From contig JBBQUV010000001.1 in NCBI GenBank assembly GCA_038212075.1, positions 35,200 to 99,199 on the forward strand: a DNA stretch of 64,000 nt, in the 5' to 3' direction. The notes beneath the pieces are model-generated. The model was given only the letters and a program-made list of their open reading frames with translations, was not told where the DNA came from and ran no database searches. The stretch's first letter is position 1; each line of letters begins with the position of its first letter. Positions 1 to 9,443 of the stretch are shown here, piece by piece. The position numbers and the translations under genes are program-made. This DNA is from Minisyncoccia bacterium (GTDB lineage: Bacteria > Patescibacteriota > Minisyncoccia > Phycocordibacterales > Phycocordibacteraceae).

Positions 1-430
1 CGCCTCCGCGGCAGTGGGTGACGAAGGGAAGGTATACGCAATAGATGTACAGGAAGATGTGCTCATACACCTAAAAGACGCGGCACAGCGCGCGGGACGA
101 AAAAATATTGAAACCATTTGGGGAAATTTTGAAAAACTAGGCGGTACCAAGCTTAAGGACGGTGTACTTGACGCAGTCATTCTCTCCAATGTGCTCTTTC
201 AAATTGAACACCACCAAGGCGCGCTCGCCGAAGTTTCGCGTGTCTTGAAACCAGATGGCAAAATACTGGTGATTGATTGGGCGGGTTCCTATAATGGGCT
301 TGGTCCTGCAACTCACCATGTCGTGAGCGAGCACCAAGCCGAAGAGTTATTTATTACCGCAGGGTTCCATAAGGCAAAAAGCTTCCGCGCGGGTCCCCAT
401 CACTACGGTATACTTTTCACAAAGCCATGA
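1..430 (+). CDS. Class I SAM-dependent methyltransferase, 5'-partial
   Basis: VYAIDVQ, DAVILSNVLFQ and RVLKPDGKILVIDW motifs; the frame runs off the window start. Confidence 0.85.
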   Translation, partial: ASAAVGDEGKVYAIDVQEDVLIHLKDAAQRAGRKNIETIWGNFEKLGGTKLKDGVLDAVILSNVLFQIEHHQGALAEVSRVLKPDGKILVIDWAGSYNGLGPATHHVVSEHQAEELFITAGFHKAKSFRAGPHHYGILFTKP

Positions 431-1728
431 TGCACATGCGCCCATTCCAAATAATCCTTCTTGCCGTGTTTGCGGTGTCGGCGCTTGTTGGTCTGTACGT
501 GTTTTCCACCTTTAATGGGTTTGGCACCAGTGCCGCGCAGGTGGGAACGGTGGTTATCTGGGGCCCCCTTCCGCAGTCTGCGGTAGACAGTACGCTTAAC
601 ATATTGAAACAAGGGCACAAAGAGTATGCAAATGTTACGTACATAGAAAAACGAGCAGATACCTTTGATACCGAACTCGCAAATGCACTTGCTTCCGGCG
701 TCGGCCCCGACCTCATCATCATCAACCAAGAACAACTACTGACTGAAATTCCAAAAATCCAAACCATTCCGTACGCATCAATTCCACAGCGTACCTTTCT
801 TGATACCTTTCTTTCCCTTGATCAAATCTACTTAAACGCAACAGGTACTTACGGTATCCCTATTACCGTTGACCCTTTGGTGCTCTATTACAATCGCGCT
901 CTGCTCGCGTCTGCGGGAGTTCCAACACCGCCTGCCACATGGGAAGCGGTGGGGGGGCTTGTACCGCTTATTACTAAACAAAACGGAAGCCAAGTTATTT
1001 CCCGTAGTACGATTGCGCTTGGTAGCTACGGCAACATAACAAACGCACGAGCGATTCTTTCGCTTCTATTTCTTCAAGCGGGTTCAGTGGTAACTAAATC
1101 TACGCCACAAGGTATGCGATCTACCCTTGGCGAAACGGCAACGAGTGGCGGTGTCGCAACGCCGGCACAAGCGGCGGTAAATTTCTACACGCAGTTTGCA
1201 AACCCGGGGAAGACGGTCTATTCGTGGAATCCGTCGCTTTCGCCGTCGCGACAAGCGTTTACCACGGGCGACCTCGCACTCTATATTGGCTATGCATCGG
1301 AACTGTCGTCGCTGAAAGCGGCAAACCCAAACCTTTCGTTTGATATGGCGCCCATTCCAGAACCCGGCACAAGTGGCACGCGTAAAAACTATGGTCTTGG
1401 GTACGCATTCGCTATTCCAAAAGTTTCGAAAAACACGAGCGGAGCGTACCTTCTTGCAACGGCATTTGTTGACGATATTGCGCTAAAGTCACTTTCCGCT
1501 TCGCTTGGTATGGCGCCGGCAAAGCGAGCGCTCCTTACATTGGATCCCTCAAACCCCTACACCGCGGTGTACTACCCAGAGGCGCTGAATACCGCAGGCT
1601 GGCTTTCCCCAGCGCCATCTGCGGTAGACACCATCTTCTCTGCTATGATTAACAATATAACTTCTGGCCGCTATGATGCTTCACAAGCGCTCACTGCCGC
1701 GGATCAATCCCTCAATGCCGCATTTTAA
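427..1728 (+). CDS. Extracellular solute-binding protein (sugar ABC-type)
   Basis: N-terminal TM anchor, GPDLII, YGIPITVDPLVLYYNR and AFTTGDLALYIG motifs. Confidence 0.85.
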   Translation: MMHMRPFQIILLAVFAVSALVGLYVFSTFNGFGTSAAQVGTVVIWGPLPQSAVDSTLNILKQGHKEYANVTYIEKRADTFDTELANALASGVGPDLIIINQEQLLTEIPKIQTIPYASIPQRTFLDTFLSLDQIYLNATGTYGIPITVDPLVLYYNRALLASAGVPTPPATWEAVGGLVPLITKQNGSQVISRSTIALGSYGNITNARAILSLLFLQAGSVVTKSTPQGMRSTLGETATSGGVATPAQAAVNFYTQFANPGKTVYSWNPSLSPSRQAFTTGDLALYIGYASELSSLKAANPNLSFDMAPIPEPGTSGTRKNYGLGYAFAIPKVSKNTSGAYLLATAFVDDIALKSLSASLGMAPAKRALLTLDPSNPYTAVYYPEALNTAGWLSPAPSAVDTIFSAMINNITSGRYDASQALTAADQSLNAAF

Positions 1729-1732
1729 TACC

Positions 1733-2125
1733 ATGCTGAAGCGAGCACGTCCCTATATATTTGTGGTACTGTTTTTCGCGTTTTTCGCACTCCCTGCAAT
1801 CAGTGTTTTTGCAGCTGATGGTAACGCGCTTCCCACAAGTCCGGATGGAACGAGCTGTGCAAATGGCACACTTTGTAATCCGCTCCAAAGTGCCACCATT
1901 CAAGATTTACTTGGAAAAGTGCTTGATGCAGTTATCGCTATTGGTACCGTGGTCGTTACTATCATGCTTGTTTACTGTGGGTTCCTCTTTGTTGTTGCGC
2001 AAGGTAATGAAGAAAAAGTGCGTGATGCTCGTTCCGCGCTTGTGTGGACGGTCATCGGCGCGCTCATACTTCTTGGCGCAAAGGTAATTTCAACCATCAT
2101 TAGCGCTACGGTGGCGACCCTATGA
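1733..2125 (+). CDS. TrbC/VirB2-like pilin
   Basis: Signal peptide, CNPL motif, two TM helices around GFLFVVAQGNEEKVRDARSALVWTVIG. Confidence 0.8.
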   Translation: MLKRARPYIFVVLFFAFFALPAISVFAADGNALPTSPDGTSCANGTLCNPLQSATIQDLLGKVLDAVIAIGTVVVTIMLVYCGFLFVVAQGNEEKVRDARSALVWTVIGALILLGAKVISTIISATVATL

Positions 2126-2376
2126 TTCAAACCAGCGGACAGACCTTTTTGGGGCTTACCAACAACCTCGTTGCATTTGTAGACGGTTCGGTTATTCCGC
2201 TTCTCGGCGCGCTAGCGTTCGTGTTTTTTCTTATTGGTATGGTGCGCTTCTTTTTCTCACAGAGCGACGAAAATCGCGAGAAGGGAAGGCAGTTTGCACT
2301 TTGGGGCATGGTCGGACTTGTCGTTATTTTTACGGTATGGGGCGTCGTTACTCTATTTGTAGGTGCCCTTCAATAG
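2122..2376 (+). CDS. TrbC/VirB2-like pilin
   Basis: TM-(DENREKGRQFALWG)-TM architecture as in its neighbours. Confidence 0.75.
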   Translation: MIQTSGQTFLGLTNNLVAFVDGSVIPLLGALAFVFFLIGMVRFFFSQSDENREKGRQFALWGMVGLVVIFTVWGVVTLFVGALQ

Positions 2377-2427
2377 AACGGGGATAATGAATTGCGCTTT
2401 CACCGCTCCCTGCTACCCTTTGACTAT

Positions 2428-2844
2428 ATGAAAAAAATCGCACTAAAAAGTTCGCTCGCACTTGCGCTCGTCGCAGTGCCGTTTCTAGCGTTTGCTGATA
2501 CTACAAGTGGCACCGTGGGCGGGAAAATCACCACGTTCATAAACTTTTTGAATGCATCCCTTGTTCCTCTTATTTTTGCGGTAGCGTTTATTGTCTTTCT
2601 GTACTTTATATTTCAGTATTTTATTCTCGGTTCAGGCAACGAGGAAAAACTGAAAGAAGGGCGTATGTTTTTGCTCTACAGCATCATTGGTTTTGTCGTG
2701 ATGCTTTCGATATGGGGAATCGTGAATTTGTTTTACTACTCCCTTGATTTTGGTTCACAAAATCATCCAAATTTACCGACGTTTGGAACGGGAAGTGGCA
2801 ATTCCAGTAGTAGTTCAAATAGTCCCGTCAATAACAGCATCTAA
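2428..2844 (+). CDS. TrbC/VirB2-like pilin
   Basis: Signal ending AFA, TM-GNEEKLKEGRMFLLYSIIG-TM. Confidence 0.8.
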   Translation: MKKIALKSSLALALVAVPFLAFADTTSGTVGGKITTFINFLNASLVPLIFAVAFIVFLYFIFQYFILGSGNEEKLKEGRMFLLYSIIGFVVMLSIWGIVNLFYYSLDFGSQNHPNLPTFGTGSGNSSSSSNSPVNNSI

Positions 2845-2933
2845 TATAATCATCTTGTCCACAGAACCGTAATACCTGCATTGACTTCGTACCAAAGCCG
2901 ATTACCCTTATACCTATAGCCCTAAATACCATT

Positions 2934-3296
2934 ATGAAGAAACTTGCTTATCTCGGTGCTTCCTTTGCGCTTCCAATGCTCGCCTTTGCGCAGGCACAGA
3001 ACGTACAACAACTTGGTGATACTGTTATCCGAATTATCAACACGACGCTCGTACCGCTCGTGTTTGCTCTCGCCTTCATTGTTTTCCTTTGGGGCGTATT
3101 CCAGTTCTTCATCGCGGGTGCAAGCGACGAAGAGAAGCGCGAAGGCGGAAAGTCGTTGATGATCTACGGCTTCATCGGCTTTTTCGTGATGGTGTCCGTT
3201 TGGGGTATTGTGAACCTCCTTGTTGGAACCTTCAACCTTAACTCAAACGCTCCAGTGCAGTATCCGGGTGCTCCGTACACTCAGTCAGGGAATTAA
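2934..3296 (+). CDS. TrbC/VirB2-like pilin
   Basis: Signal ending AFAQ, TM-DEEKREGGKSLMIYG-TM. Confidence 0.8.
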   Translation: MKKLAYLGASFALPMLAFAQAQNVQQLGDTVIRIINTTLVPLVFALAFIVFLWGVFQFFIAGASDEEKREGGKSLMIYGFIGFFVMVSVWGIVNLLVGTFNLNSNAPVQYPGAPYTQSGN

Positions 3297-3305
3297 CGTT
3301 TTTTG

Positions 3306-3341
3306 AAAAGAAAACCCCCGCCTTAGCGGGGATTTTCTTTT
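3306..3341 (+). terminator. Rho-independent terminator
   Basis: aaaagaaaacccccgc-ctta-gcggggattttctttt hairpin. Confidence 0.8.
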
Positions 3342-3389
3342 ACCCACGCACCTCTTTTATCCTGCGGGCTAGCGCCGTATACTAAGGAC

Positions 3390-3701
3390 ATGAAGAAACT
3401 TGCTTATCTCGGTGCGTCCTTTGCTCTTCCAATGCTCGCCTTTGCGCAGGCTAGTGGAGAAAACGCTTCGCAATTTTTTGACAACATAAAAACAAATATT
3501 GTTAACCCTATTATCACGCTTATCGCACTTGCCGCATTCGTAGTGTTTATATGGGGCGTTGTGGAATTTATTCGCAGTGCTGACGACGCGGAGAAGCGAG
3601 GAACCGGCCAACAGCATATGATATGGGGTATTGCCGGTCTCGTTATTATCTTTGGGGCAAACGCTATCATCGCTATTTTAAAAAATACATTTGGGTTGTA
3701 G
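3390..3701 (+). CDS. TrbC/VirB2-like pilin
   Basis: Signal plus TM-DDAEKRGTGQQHMIWGIAG-TM; TATACT 6 nt before ATG. Confidence 0.8.
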   Translation: MKKLAYLGASFALPMLAFAQASGENASQFFDNIKTNIVNPIITLIALAAFVVFIWGVVEFIRSADDAEKRGTGQQHMIWGIAGLVIIFGANAIIAILKNTFGL

Positions 3702-3765
3702 AAAAAAAGAAGACCCGACGCTGTTGCGTAAGGTCTTCAAGGTGTTGACCCACTTGGGTCAAAGA

Positions 3766-4290
3766 TCAGTTGGGCGACGAGGTTTCATCCTCGCAGCTGA
3801 GCGTCTGCACTTGATTGGATGTGTTTTCGACAAATCCGACCAACCACAGCTGGATATTTTTGCCGCGTTCATTGACGCAGGTTCCACCCACCCTGTCGCA
3901 GATACGAAAGGTGTTGGGTGAAGGCGGCGGGGTGAAATTGAATGCACCCACCGGTCTGAACTTTGCAAAATGACCCGGCTGCAAGTACCGCATGACTTTG
4001 TCGGGGCCTTGGCATTTGCACGCCTTCTCCCCGTTTATGCCGCATACATGTGTCTGCCTATCGGCTTCCACAATCGCATTCACGGCGTCCTGCTGTGCCT
4101 GCTGTTGAGCCGCAACAATTGCTTGCCGCGACTCTTCCTGCAAGCCGAACCATTTGCTCCCAGCCGACACAATGACAACGAAGGCCACGAGGCCGATGAT
4201 TCCCCATTTGATGATCATATCGATGAATTGTTTTTGGGAAATTGCTGGTGTTGGTGGCGGTGTTGGCGCCGCCGGTGTGCTTGTTGACAT
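3766..4290 (-). CDS. Hypothetical membrane-anchored Cys-containing protein
   Basis: 174-aa ORF with TM helix, GAGGAG SD, coupled to the SPFH gene. Confidence 0.7.
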   Translation of the reverse strand: MSTSTPAAPTPPPTPAISQKQFIDMIIKWGIIGLVAFVVIVSAGSKWFGLQEESRQAIVAAQQQAQQDAVNAIVEADRQTHVCGINGEKACKCQGPDKVMRYLQPGHFAKFRPVGAFNFTPPPSPNTFRICDRVGGTCVNERGKNIQLWLVGFVENTSNQVQTLSCEDETSSPN

Positions 4291-4292
4291 GA

Positions 4293-5525
4293 CTATCTCC
4301 TCACGGGACGATTGTTGTTGACTGTTGGTTTTCTCGCTTCAAATGTTGGCTTGGGTGCCGGTGGCGGTTCGCCACCGATTTTCCGTGCCAAAGCATCTGC
4401 AACGGGCTTGAGTACTCCGTTAATGGCGGCGTTCGCGTCGAGGTCTTTGATACCGAAAACGGTTTCGTCGACTTTTCGAGTAGTTGCCAAGCCCATTTGC
4501 ATCTCGACGCTGGTAAGTGCGTCTTTGATGTTTATGCCGCTTGCAACCTGATCATCGACCATTTTTTTGATGGCCAGATTCTGCTCTATCTTCGCCGCCA
4601 TTTCGTCGGCTTGGTTTGCCTTAGCGAGAGCAGCCTCACGACGAGACTTCGGAATGTCAAAATATTCGACATCCGCGCCAGTGATTTGTACGCCTCTTGC
4701 GAGTGCGTACGAAAGAAACTGGCCGGCACGGTCGGCGATGATCTGAACACTGTGTTCTCCATCGACGAACTTGTCTTTGTCATCGTATAGACTGTTGTAG
4801 AGCTGGGCGTGCCTCTCAGCACTTTCCAGTGTTCCGTCATCAATTGGAAGATTAACCCAGTCTTTGACGTCGTCCTTGAGGTCGACAGAATCCTCCGCTC
4901 TTTTGAGTTGGTTCACAAAAAAGCGAATAACTGATTTGAACTCAAGGTCCAGAAGTGTGTCGATGGCCTTGACTTCTGTAAGCGACAGAACGGGATTTAC
5001 CGTCCTGCGGGTGAAGAACGCATTGGTCTCCACCTTCAAGTTATCGCCACCGGCGAGGTCGAAGAACGGTTCCGGATTGACCGGGTATTCCCGCATTTCA
5101 ACCGGAACACTTCCTTCAATTCCCGGTATACGCGGATGAATACCTGCGGTAAGCAGGGCGCCATCCGGTTTACCGAAGCGCGTTGAGACGCCTTCGCTAC
5201 CAAGCGGTACCTCGTTTGCCGCATTTGACGACTCACGCATGATCACGCGTATGACGTTGCCGCCCACGACGATCAAAACGATAAGTGCAATCGTGGCTGA
5301 GAAGTAGAAGGCAATCACGGCCGCAAAGGGAATCGCAACTGCGAACCCAGTAATGGCCGAGATGATACCGACACGCTTGAGACTTTCCCAAGGTGTAATG
5401 AGTGTGCCAGGCGCTGGTGCCGCCGCCCCTGGGGCGATACGGACAAACGCAAGCACCTCCGTGCGATATCGAAGTGCCAGAACTGCCATAAGCAGAACTG
5501 CCACGATGATTGCGATCGTTGCCAT
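4293..5525 (-). CDS. SPFH/band-7 domain membrane protein
   Basis: TM helices then EVPLGSEGVSTRFGK...AGIHPRIPGIE and GVQITGADVEYFDIP; AGGAGG SD. Confidence 0.75.
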   Translation of the reverse strand: MATIAIIVAVLLMAVLALRYRTEVLAFVRIAPGAAAPAPGTLITPWESLKRVGIISAITGFAVAIPFAAVIAFYFSATIALIVLIVVGGNVIRVIMRESSNAANEVPLGSEGVSTRFGKPDGALLTAGIHPRIPGIEGSVPVEMREYPVNPEPFFDLAGGDNLKVETNAFFTRRTVNPVLSLTEVKAIDTLLDLEFKSVIRFFVNQLKRAEDSVDLKDDVKDWVNLPIDDGTLESAERHAQLYNSLYDDKDKFVDGEHSVQIIADRAGQFLSYALARGVQITGADVEYFDIPKSRREAALAKANQADEMAAKIEQNLAIKKMVDDQVASGINIKDALTSVEMQMGLATTRKVDETVFGIKDLDANAAINGVLKPVADALARKIGGEPPPAPKPTFEARKPTVNNNRPVRR

Positions 5526-5588
5526 GATTTTGCCCCTCCTTAGGGCGGTGCTATGAGATTTTCAAGGGCACAACGCCCACCATGGACT

Positions 5589-5617
5589 ATTATACTACTA
5601 CACAGTATATATGTCAA
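5589..5617 (-). promoter_or_regulatory. Consensus sigma70 promoter for the SPFH operon
   Basis: Minus strand TTGACA-17 nt-TATAAT. Confidence 0.8.
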
Positions 5618-5667
5618 GTGCTCACATAGCCCGTAGCTACAGGGTTTTTAGCCTGTTCTAAACAAAG

Positions 5668-5749
5668 TGCTGGGGAGAGGACTTGAACCTCCATCCCTTG
5701 CGGGGCCAGCTCCTAAGGCTGGTGCGTCTACCAATTTCGCCACCCCAGC
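5668..5749 (-). tRNA. tRNA-Leu(TAG)
   Basis: GCTGGGG acceptor, TAG anticodon, long variable arm, GGTTCAAGTCC T-arm. Confidence 0.95.
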
Positions 5750-5837
5750 ACTTTGGTCGGAACAGATCTTCCCATTGACGATACCATTCCTTAGATGTAA
5801 TTGAAAAAGCTCAGTTGTTTGCTACGATGCATGGTAC

Positions 5838-5910
5838 GCGCCTATAGCTCAGTTGGTAGAGCAGATCCCTCTTAAGGATAAGGTCCCTGGTTCGAGCCCA
5901 GGTAGGCGCA
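5838..5910 (+). tRNA. tRNA-Lys(CTT)
   Basis: GCGCCTA/TAGGCGC acceptor, loop CTCTTAA, GGTTCGAGCCC. Confidence 0.95.
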
Positions 5911-5930
5911 CAAAGTATTTCTAGCCACCA

Positions 5931-5964
5931 AAACAAAAACAGCACGTACGTGCTGTTTTTGTTT
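5931..5964. terminator. Bidirectional terminator between convergent tRNA transcripts
   Basis: Perfect inverted repeat aaacaaaaacagcacgt/acgtgctgtttttgttt. Confidence 0.8.
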
Positions 5965-5967
5965 ACT

Positions 5968-6147
5968 ATGTGACGAGGTGGCTCGGTCACGAGTTGCGGA
6001 CGGATTGCTCCAAGTATTCGCAATCCGTCTCGCACTCTCGACCCGGGCTCGCCGTTGCTTCGCAACAAGGCTGTGCCTTTCGAGTCTCACACGCACGACG
6101 CGCAGGCGTCGTGCTCCTCGGCACATAACTGCGCTTCGCTTGCTCTG
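5968..6147 (-). ncRNA. tRNA-Leu(TAA)-associated antisense structured element (copy 1)
   Basis: Minus strand TGCCGAGG-[AGCACGACGCCTGCGCGTCGTGCGT]-GTGAGACTCGAA is the reverse complement of the tRNA 3' end split by a hairpin; structured core follows. Confidence 0.75.
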
Positions 6148-6236
6148 TGCCGAGGGTGAGACTCGAACTCACATGAGGTGTTTAAAGACCTCTAGGGATT
6201 TTAAGTCCCCTACGTCTACCATTCCGTCACCTCGGC
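6148..6236 (-). tRNA. tRNA-Leu(TAA)
   Basis: GCCGAGG/CCTCGGC acceptor, loop CTTAAAA, long variable arm, GTTCGAGTC. Confidence 0.95.
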
Positions 6237-6248
6237 AAAACGCACAGG

Positions 6249-6320
6249 AGGCCTGGGGGGGAATCGAACCCCCGCATGTAGGATTTGCAGTCCCAAGTGT
6301 TACCACTTCACCACCAGGCC
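6249..6320 (-). tRNA. tRNA-Cys(GCA)
   Basis: GGCCTGG/CCAGGCC acceptor, loop CTGCAAA, GGTTCGATTCC. Confidence 0.95.
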
Positions 6321-6330
6321 TTGGGTTTGA

Positions 6331-6690
6331 TTATAACTGTTTGCCTAATTCATCCAAGTGCTGGCGATTGCGCTCGCCAGCATCAAGAACAAACTGCACG
6401 CGAGGAAGTTCACGCGTGCGGGCGTGCTCACGCATATATTCACGAAATGCATCAGCGTTGCGATTCAAAAATTCAAGTGCGGTGGTGATTGCTTCATCGG
6501 GGAAAACGGTAACAAACACCGTCGCCCGTTCACCCTTGGAACCAAGTTCTGCGCGCGTGGCAGTGATAAGTGACGTGCCGTTTGATTCGCGCACAATAAA
6601 GTCTGCCGCAAGGTGCGTAAGCAGTTCTTCTACGCGGTCGTGGTGGCGTTTACTGCGTGAATCGGGTCGTGGTGGCGGGGTGAAGTCCAT
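6331..6690 (-). CDS. rbfA: Ribosome-binding factor A
   Basis: LITATRAEL...ATVFVTVFP...PRVQFVLD; downstream of infB. Confidence 0.85.
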   Translation of the reverse strand: MDFTPPPRPDSRSKRHHDRVEELLTHLAADFIVRESNGTSLITATRAELGSKGERATVFVTVFPDEAITTALEFLNRNADAFREYMREHARTRELPRVQFVLDAGERNRQHLDELGKQL

Positions 6691-6691
6691 A

Positions 6692-8173
6692 TTACGATTT
6701 TACGACATGGAAGGCGATCACTACGTCACCACCGGCGAGTTCAGCTTTGGTTTCTATTTGCATACCAAAGTCGCCCTCTACGCGGATTTCTTGCACATCA
6801 ACACGTGCCTGCTGAAGATTCACTATTTTTCCGCGACCAATCTCTTCTTCGCGACGGGTCATTTTTACCAGTGCACCAACAGCAAGAGTACCGCTTATCA
6901 GTTTTGCACCAAGCACACGCTTGGTTGATGTTTCGCTAAACACTTTTAGGATTTTGGCTTCGCCAAGCATCACCTCCTTTGCAACCTGCGGTGCGCGTTC
7001 GGCAAGAAGCTCTGCAACGCGTTTGCCGAGGTCGTAAATAATGCTAAACGATTCAATGGAGACGCCAGAACGGTCGGCAAGCTCGCGTGCGGCACTGTCA
7101 GTGGCAACAGAGAAGGCGATAACAACACCGTTTGCGGCTTGTGCATTTTTTACGTCACCTTCGCCGACTGCACCAATACCTGCGGACATGATGCGAATAA
7201 CGGCGTTTTCATGAGTAATTTTTGCAATCTCGTGCTTAATAGCTTCAAGACTTCCCGTCACGTCTGTTTTTAGGATAAGCGGAAGCACGGTCTTTCCGTC
7301 TTCAATCACCTCAGCAGTCACTCCGCGCGATGAATCTTTTTTATTTTTTGCAACAAATGCTTCGGCCTCTTTTCTATTTTTTACCGTTACAAACGGCGTA
7401 CCAGCTGGGGGAAGGGCACTGAATCCAGAAACGCGTGCGGGGGAAGACGCTCCTGCTTCTTTCACGCGGTTGCCTGCGAAGTTTTCAATAAAACGTACGG
7501 GAGCATAGGCATCTTCTGCAACAACGTAGTCTCCAGTATTGAGCGTGCCGTTTTTAACAATGAGTGTTGCGGCAAGCCCTTGGCGTGCGTCTTGTGTTGA
7601 TTCAAGAATAAAGCCAGACGCAGGAAGTTCCGGGTCGGCGGTAAATTCTGCAAGATCGGCAGTGAGAAGTACAAGGTCAAGAAGTTCGGGTACGCCAGCA
7701 CCTGATTTTGAGGAAACTGCCGCGAAGGGAATAGCGCCACCAAGACCTTCTAGATACACGCCGTTTTCAAGGAGTGAATGTTTTGCGCGTTCCGCGTCGG
7801 CACCGTTTTTGTCTATTTTAGTGAACGCGACAACGAAAGGGATATTTGCTTCGGTGATTGCAGAAAGTGCTTCGAGCGTTTGCGGCTTCACCCCTTCATC
7901 TGCGGCAACCACAAGGATGGCGACATCCGCCGCTTGTGCGCCGCGCGCGCGAAGCGCGCGAAAAGCTTCGTGTCCCGGTGTATCAAGAAAAGTGATGTTG
8001 CGAAGTTTGCCCTCGTGTTCGTGCTGAGCTTCGTATGCAGAAACGTGTTGAGTGATGCCACCCGCTTCGCCTGCAGTTACGTTTGCTTTACGGATGTAGT
8101 CCAGCAAGGAAGACTTGCCGTGGTCGATGTGACCCATTACCGCCACTATGGGCGGGCGAGGTGTAGACGCCAT
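6692..8173 (-). CDS. infB: Translation initiation factor IF-2 (short form)
   Basis: RPPIVAVMGHIDHGKSSLLD, EAGGITQH, FLDTPGHEAF. Confidence 0.97.
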   Translation of the reverse strand: MASTPRPPIVAVMGHIDHGKSSLLDYIRKANVTAGEAGGITQHVSAYEAQHEHEGKLRNITFLDTPGHEAFRALRARGAQAADVAILVVAADEGVKPQTLEALSAITEANIPFVVAFTKIDKNGADAERAKHSLLENGVYLEGLGGAIPFAAVSSKSGAGVPELLDLVLLTADLAEFTADPELPASGFILESTQDARQGLAATLIVKNGTLNTGDYVVAEDAYAPVRFIENFAGNRVKEAGASSPARVSGFSALPPAGTPFVTVKNRKEAEAFVAKNKKDSSRGVTAEVIEDGKTVLPLILKTDVTGSLEAIKHEIAKITHENAVIRIMSAGIGAVGEGDVKNAQAANGVVIAFSVATDSAARELADRSGVSIESFSIIYDLGKRVAELLAERAPQVAKEVMLGEAKILKVFSETSTKRVLGAKLISGTLAVGALVKMTRREEEIGRGKIVNLQQARVDVQEIRVEGDFGMQIETKAELAGGDVVIAFHVVKS

Positions 8174-8245
8174 AATATGCTGATTTCAGCACGAAAAATG
8201 GTTGTTTGCAATCGCATCTCTATAATTATTTGGTAGTCTATTGAG

Positions 8246-9403
8246 ATGGAATGGTTTTCAAAAAAACGCATCTATCTTGATTGGGCGGCAAGTGCGCCTG
8301 TCCGACCGCAGGTAGCGCGTGCGTACTCGCGCGCGCTAGTGTCAGGGAACCCATCGTCTGCACACACGGAAGGCCGTATCGCAAAAGATCTGCTTGAAAC
8401 GGCGCGTACCAGCATTGCTCGCGAACTACAGGTAAAACCGGATGACGTTATTTTCACGAGCGGCGCCACCGAAGCAAATAACCTCGCCATTCAAGGGGTT
8501 ATAAAAAAATGGAAAGTGAGTAACCCGAACACGCAACCGCATGTGCTGTACCTCGGAAGCGCGCACGCCTCCACCGTAAAAACGATTCAAGGACTTACTG
8601 CGTTTGGCGTAGTTGCAGAGGAAATGCCAATAAAGGATGGAGAAATTGATATCAAAAAACTATCTACGATGATTCGTCCGGAAACCGCACTGGTTTCTAT
8701 GGATTTTGTTTGTAGCGAAACCGGAACGATTTGGAATACTCGCGAAGTGCGGCAGGCGCTTCCTAAGCAGGTACTTCTTCATGTGGATGCAAGCCAGGCG
8801 CCACTAGAGGAGTCGGTGGAGCGATCACGGCTTGGCGGCGACCTTATCACGCTTGATTCGGGAAAAATTGGCGCCGTACGCGGTACGGGTGTGCTTGTTG
8901 CTCCGCGCACGCTTTCAGTCGCGCCACTCTTTTTTGGTGGTGGACAGGAACGCGCAATGCGCGCCGGTACTGAATCGGTGGCTGGTGTCGTCGCGTTCGC
9001 TGTGGCGCTCACGGCGTGTGTCAAAGAACGCGATGCGTTTAGTGCGCGCGCCCTTGTGGCGCGTGCCAACCTTATTTCCCGTGTTCAGCACCTGTCTGCT
9101 ATTTCCATACATCAGGGCAAAAAAGGTATCGCTCACATTTTGAATATTTCACTTGTTGATCGAGACACCGACTACCTTGCCGCACTTCTCGATGAAGCTG
9201 GCTTCGCTGTTTCAACAAAAAGCGCGTGTGAAAGTGATTCCACGCAAGGTTCGCGCGCCGTGTTCGCGCTTACGGGTGAAAAAAGTCATGCACTTTCCAC
9301 GCTTCGCATTTCGTGGGGGTACGATACGACCGAACGTGATTTGATACGCTTCAGTAAAGCGCTCGGTAAAGCCGTTGCATTCATTGACGCACACCACGTG
9401 TAG
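8246..9403 (+). CDS. Cysteine desulfurase (IscS/NifS family)
   Basis: IYLDWAAS, GNPSS, FTSGATEANN, HVDASQA, GGGQE, STKSAC. Confidence 0.9.
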   Translation: MEWFSKKRIYLDWAASAPVRPQVARAYSRALVSGNPSSAHTEGRIAKDLLETARTSIARELQVKPDDVIFTSGATEANNLAIQGVIKKWKVSNPNTQPHVLYLGSAHASTVKTIQGLTAFGVVAEEMPIKDGEIDIKKLSTMIRPETALVSMDFVCSETGTIWNTREVRQALPKQVLLHVDASQAPLEESVERSRLGGDLITLDSGKIGAVRGTGVLVAPRTLSVAPLFFGGGQERAMRAGTESVAGVVAFAVALTACVKERDAFSARALVARANLISRVQHLSAISIHQGKKGIAHILNISLVDRDTDYLAALLDEAGFAVSTKSACESDSTQGSRAVFALTGEKSHALSTLRISWGYDTTERDLIRFSKALGKAVAFIDAHHV

Positions 9404-9443
9404 TGCTTTGTGTGCTTGAAACTTCCTGTTGTATACTCTTTCT

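Larger units (their letters stand above)
2934..3451 (+). repeat. 62-bp direct repeat (2934-2995 and 3390-3451) encoding an identical 21-aa leader MKKLAYLGASFALPMLAFAQA
   Basis: Copies differ only at two synonymous Ala codon positions. Confidence 0.95.

Noticed and set aside
5978-6928. 316-aa plus-strand ORF
   Set aside because: Antisense shadow across two tRNAs, rbfA and infB; no recognisable motifs.
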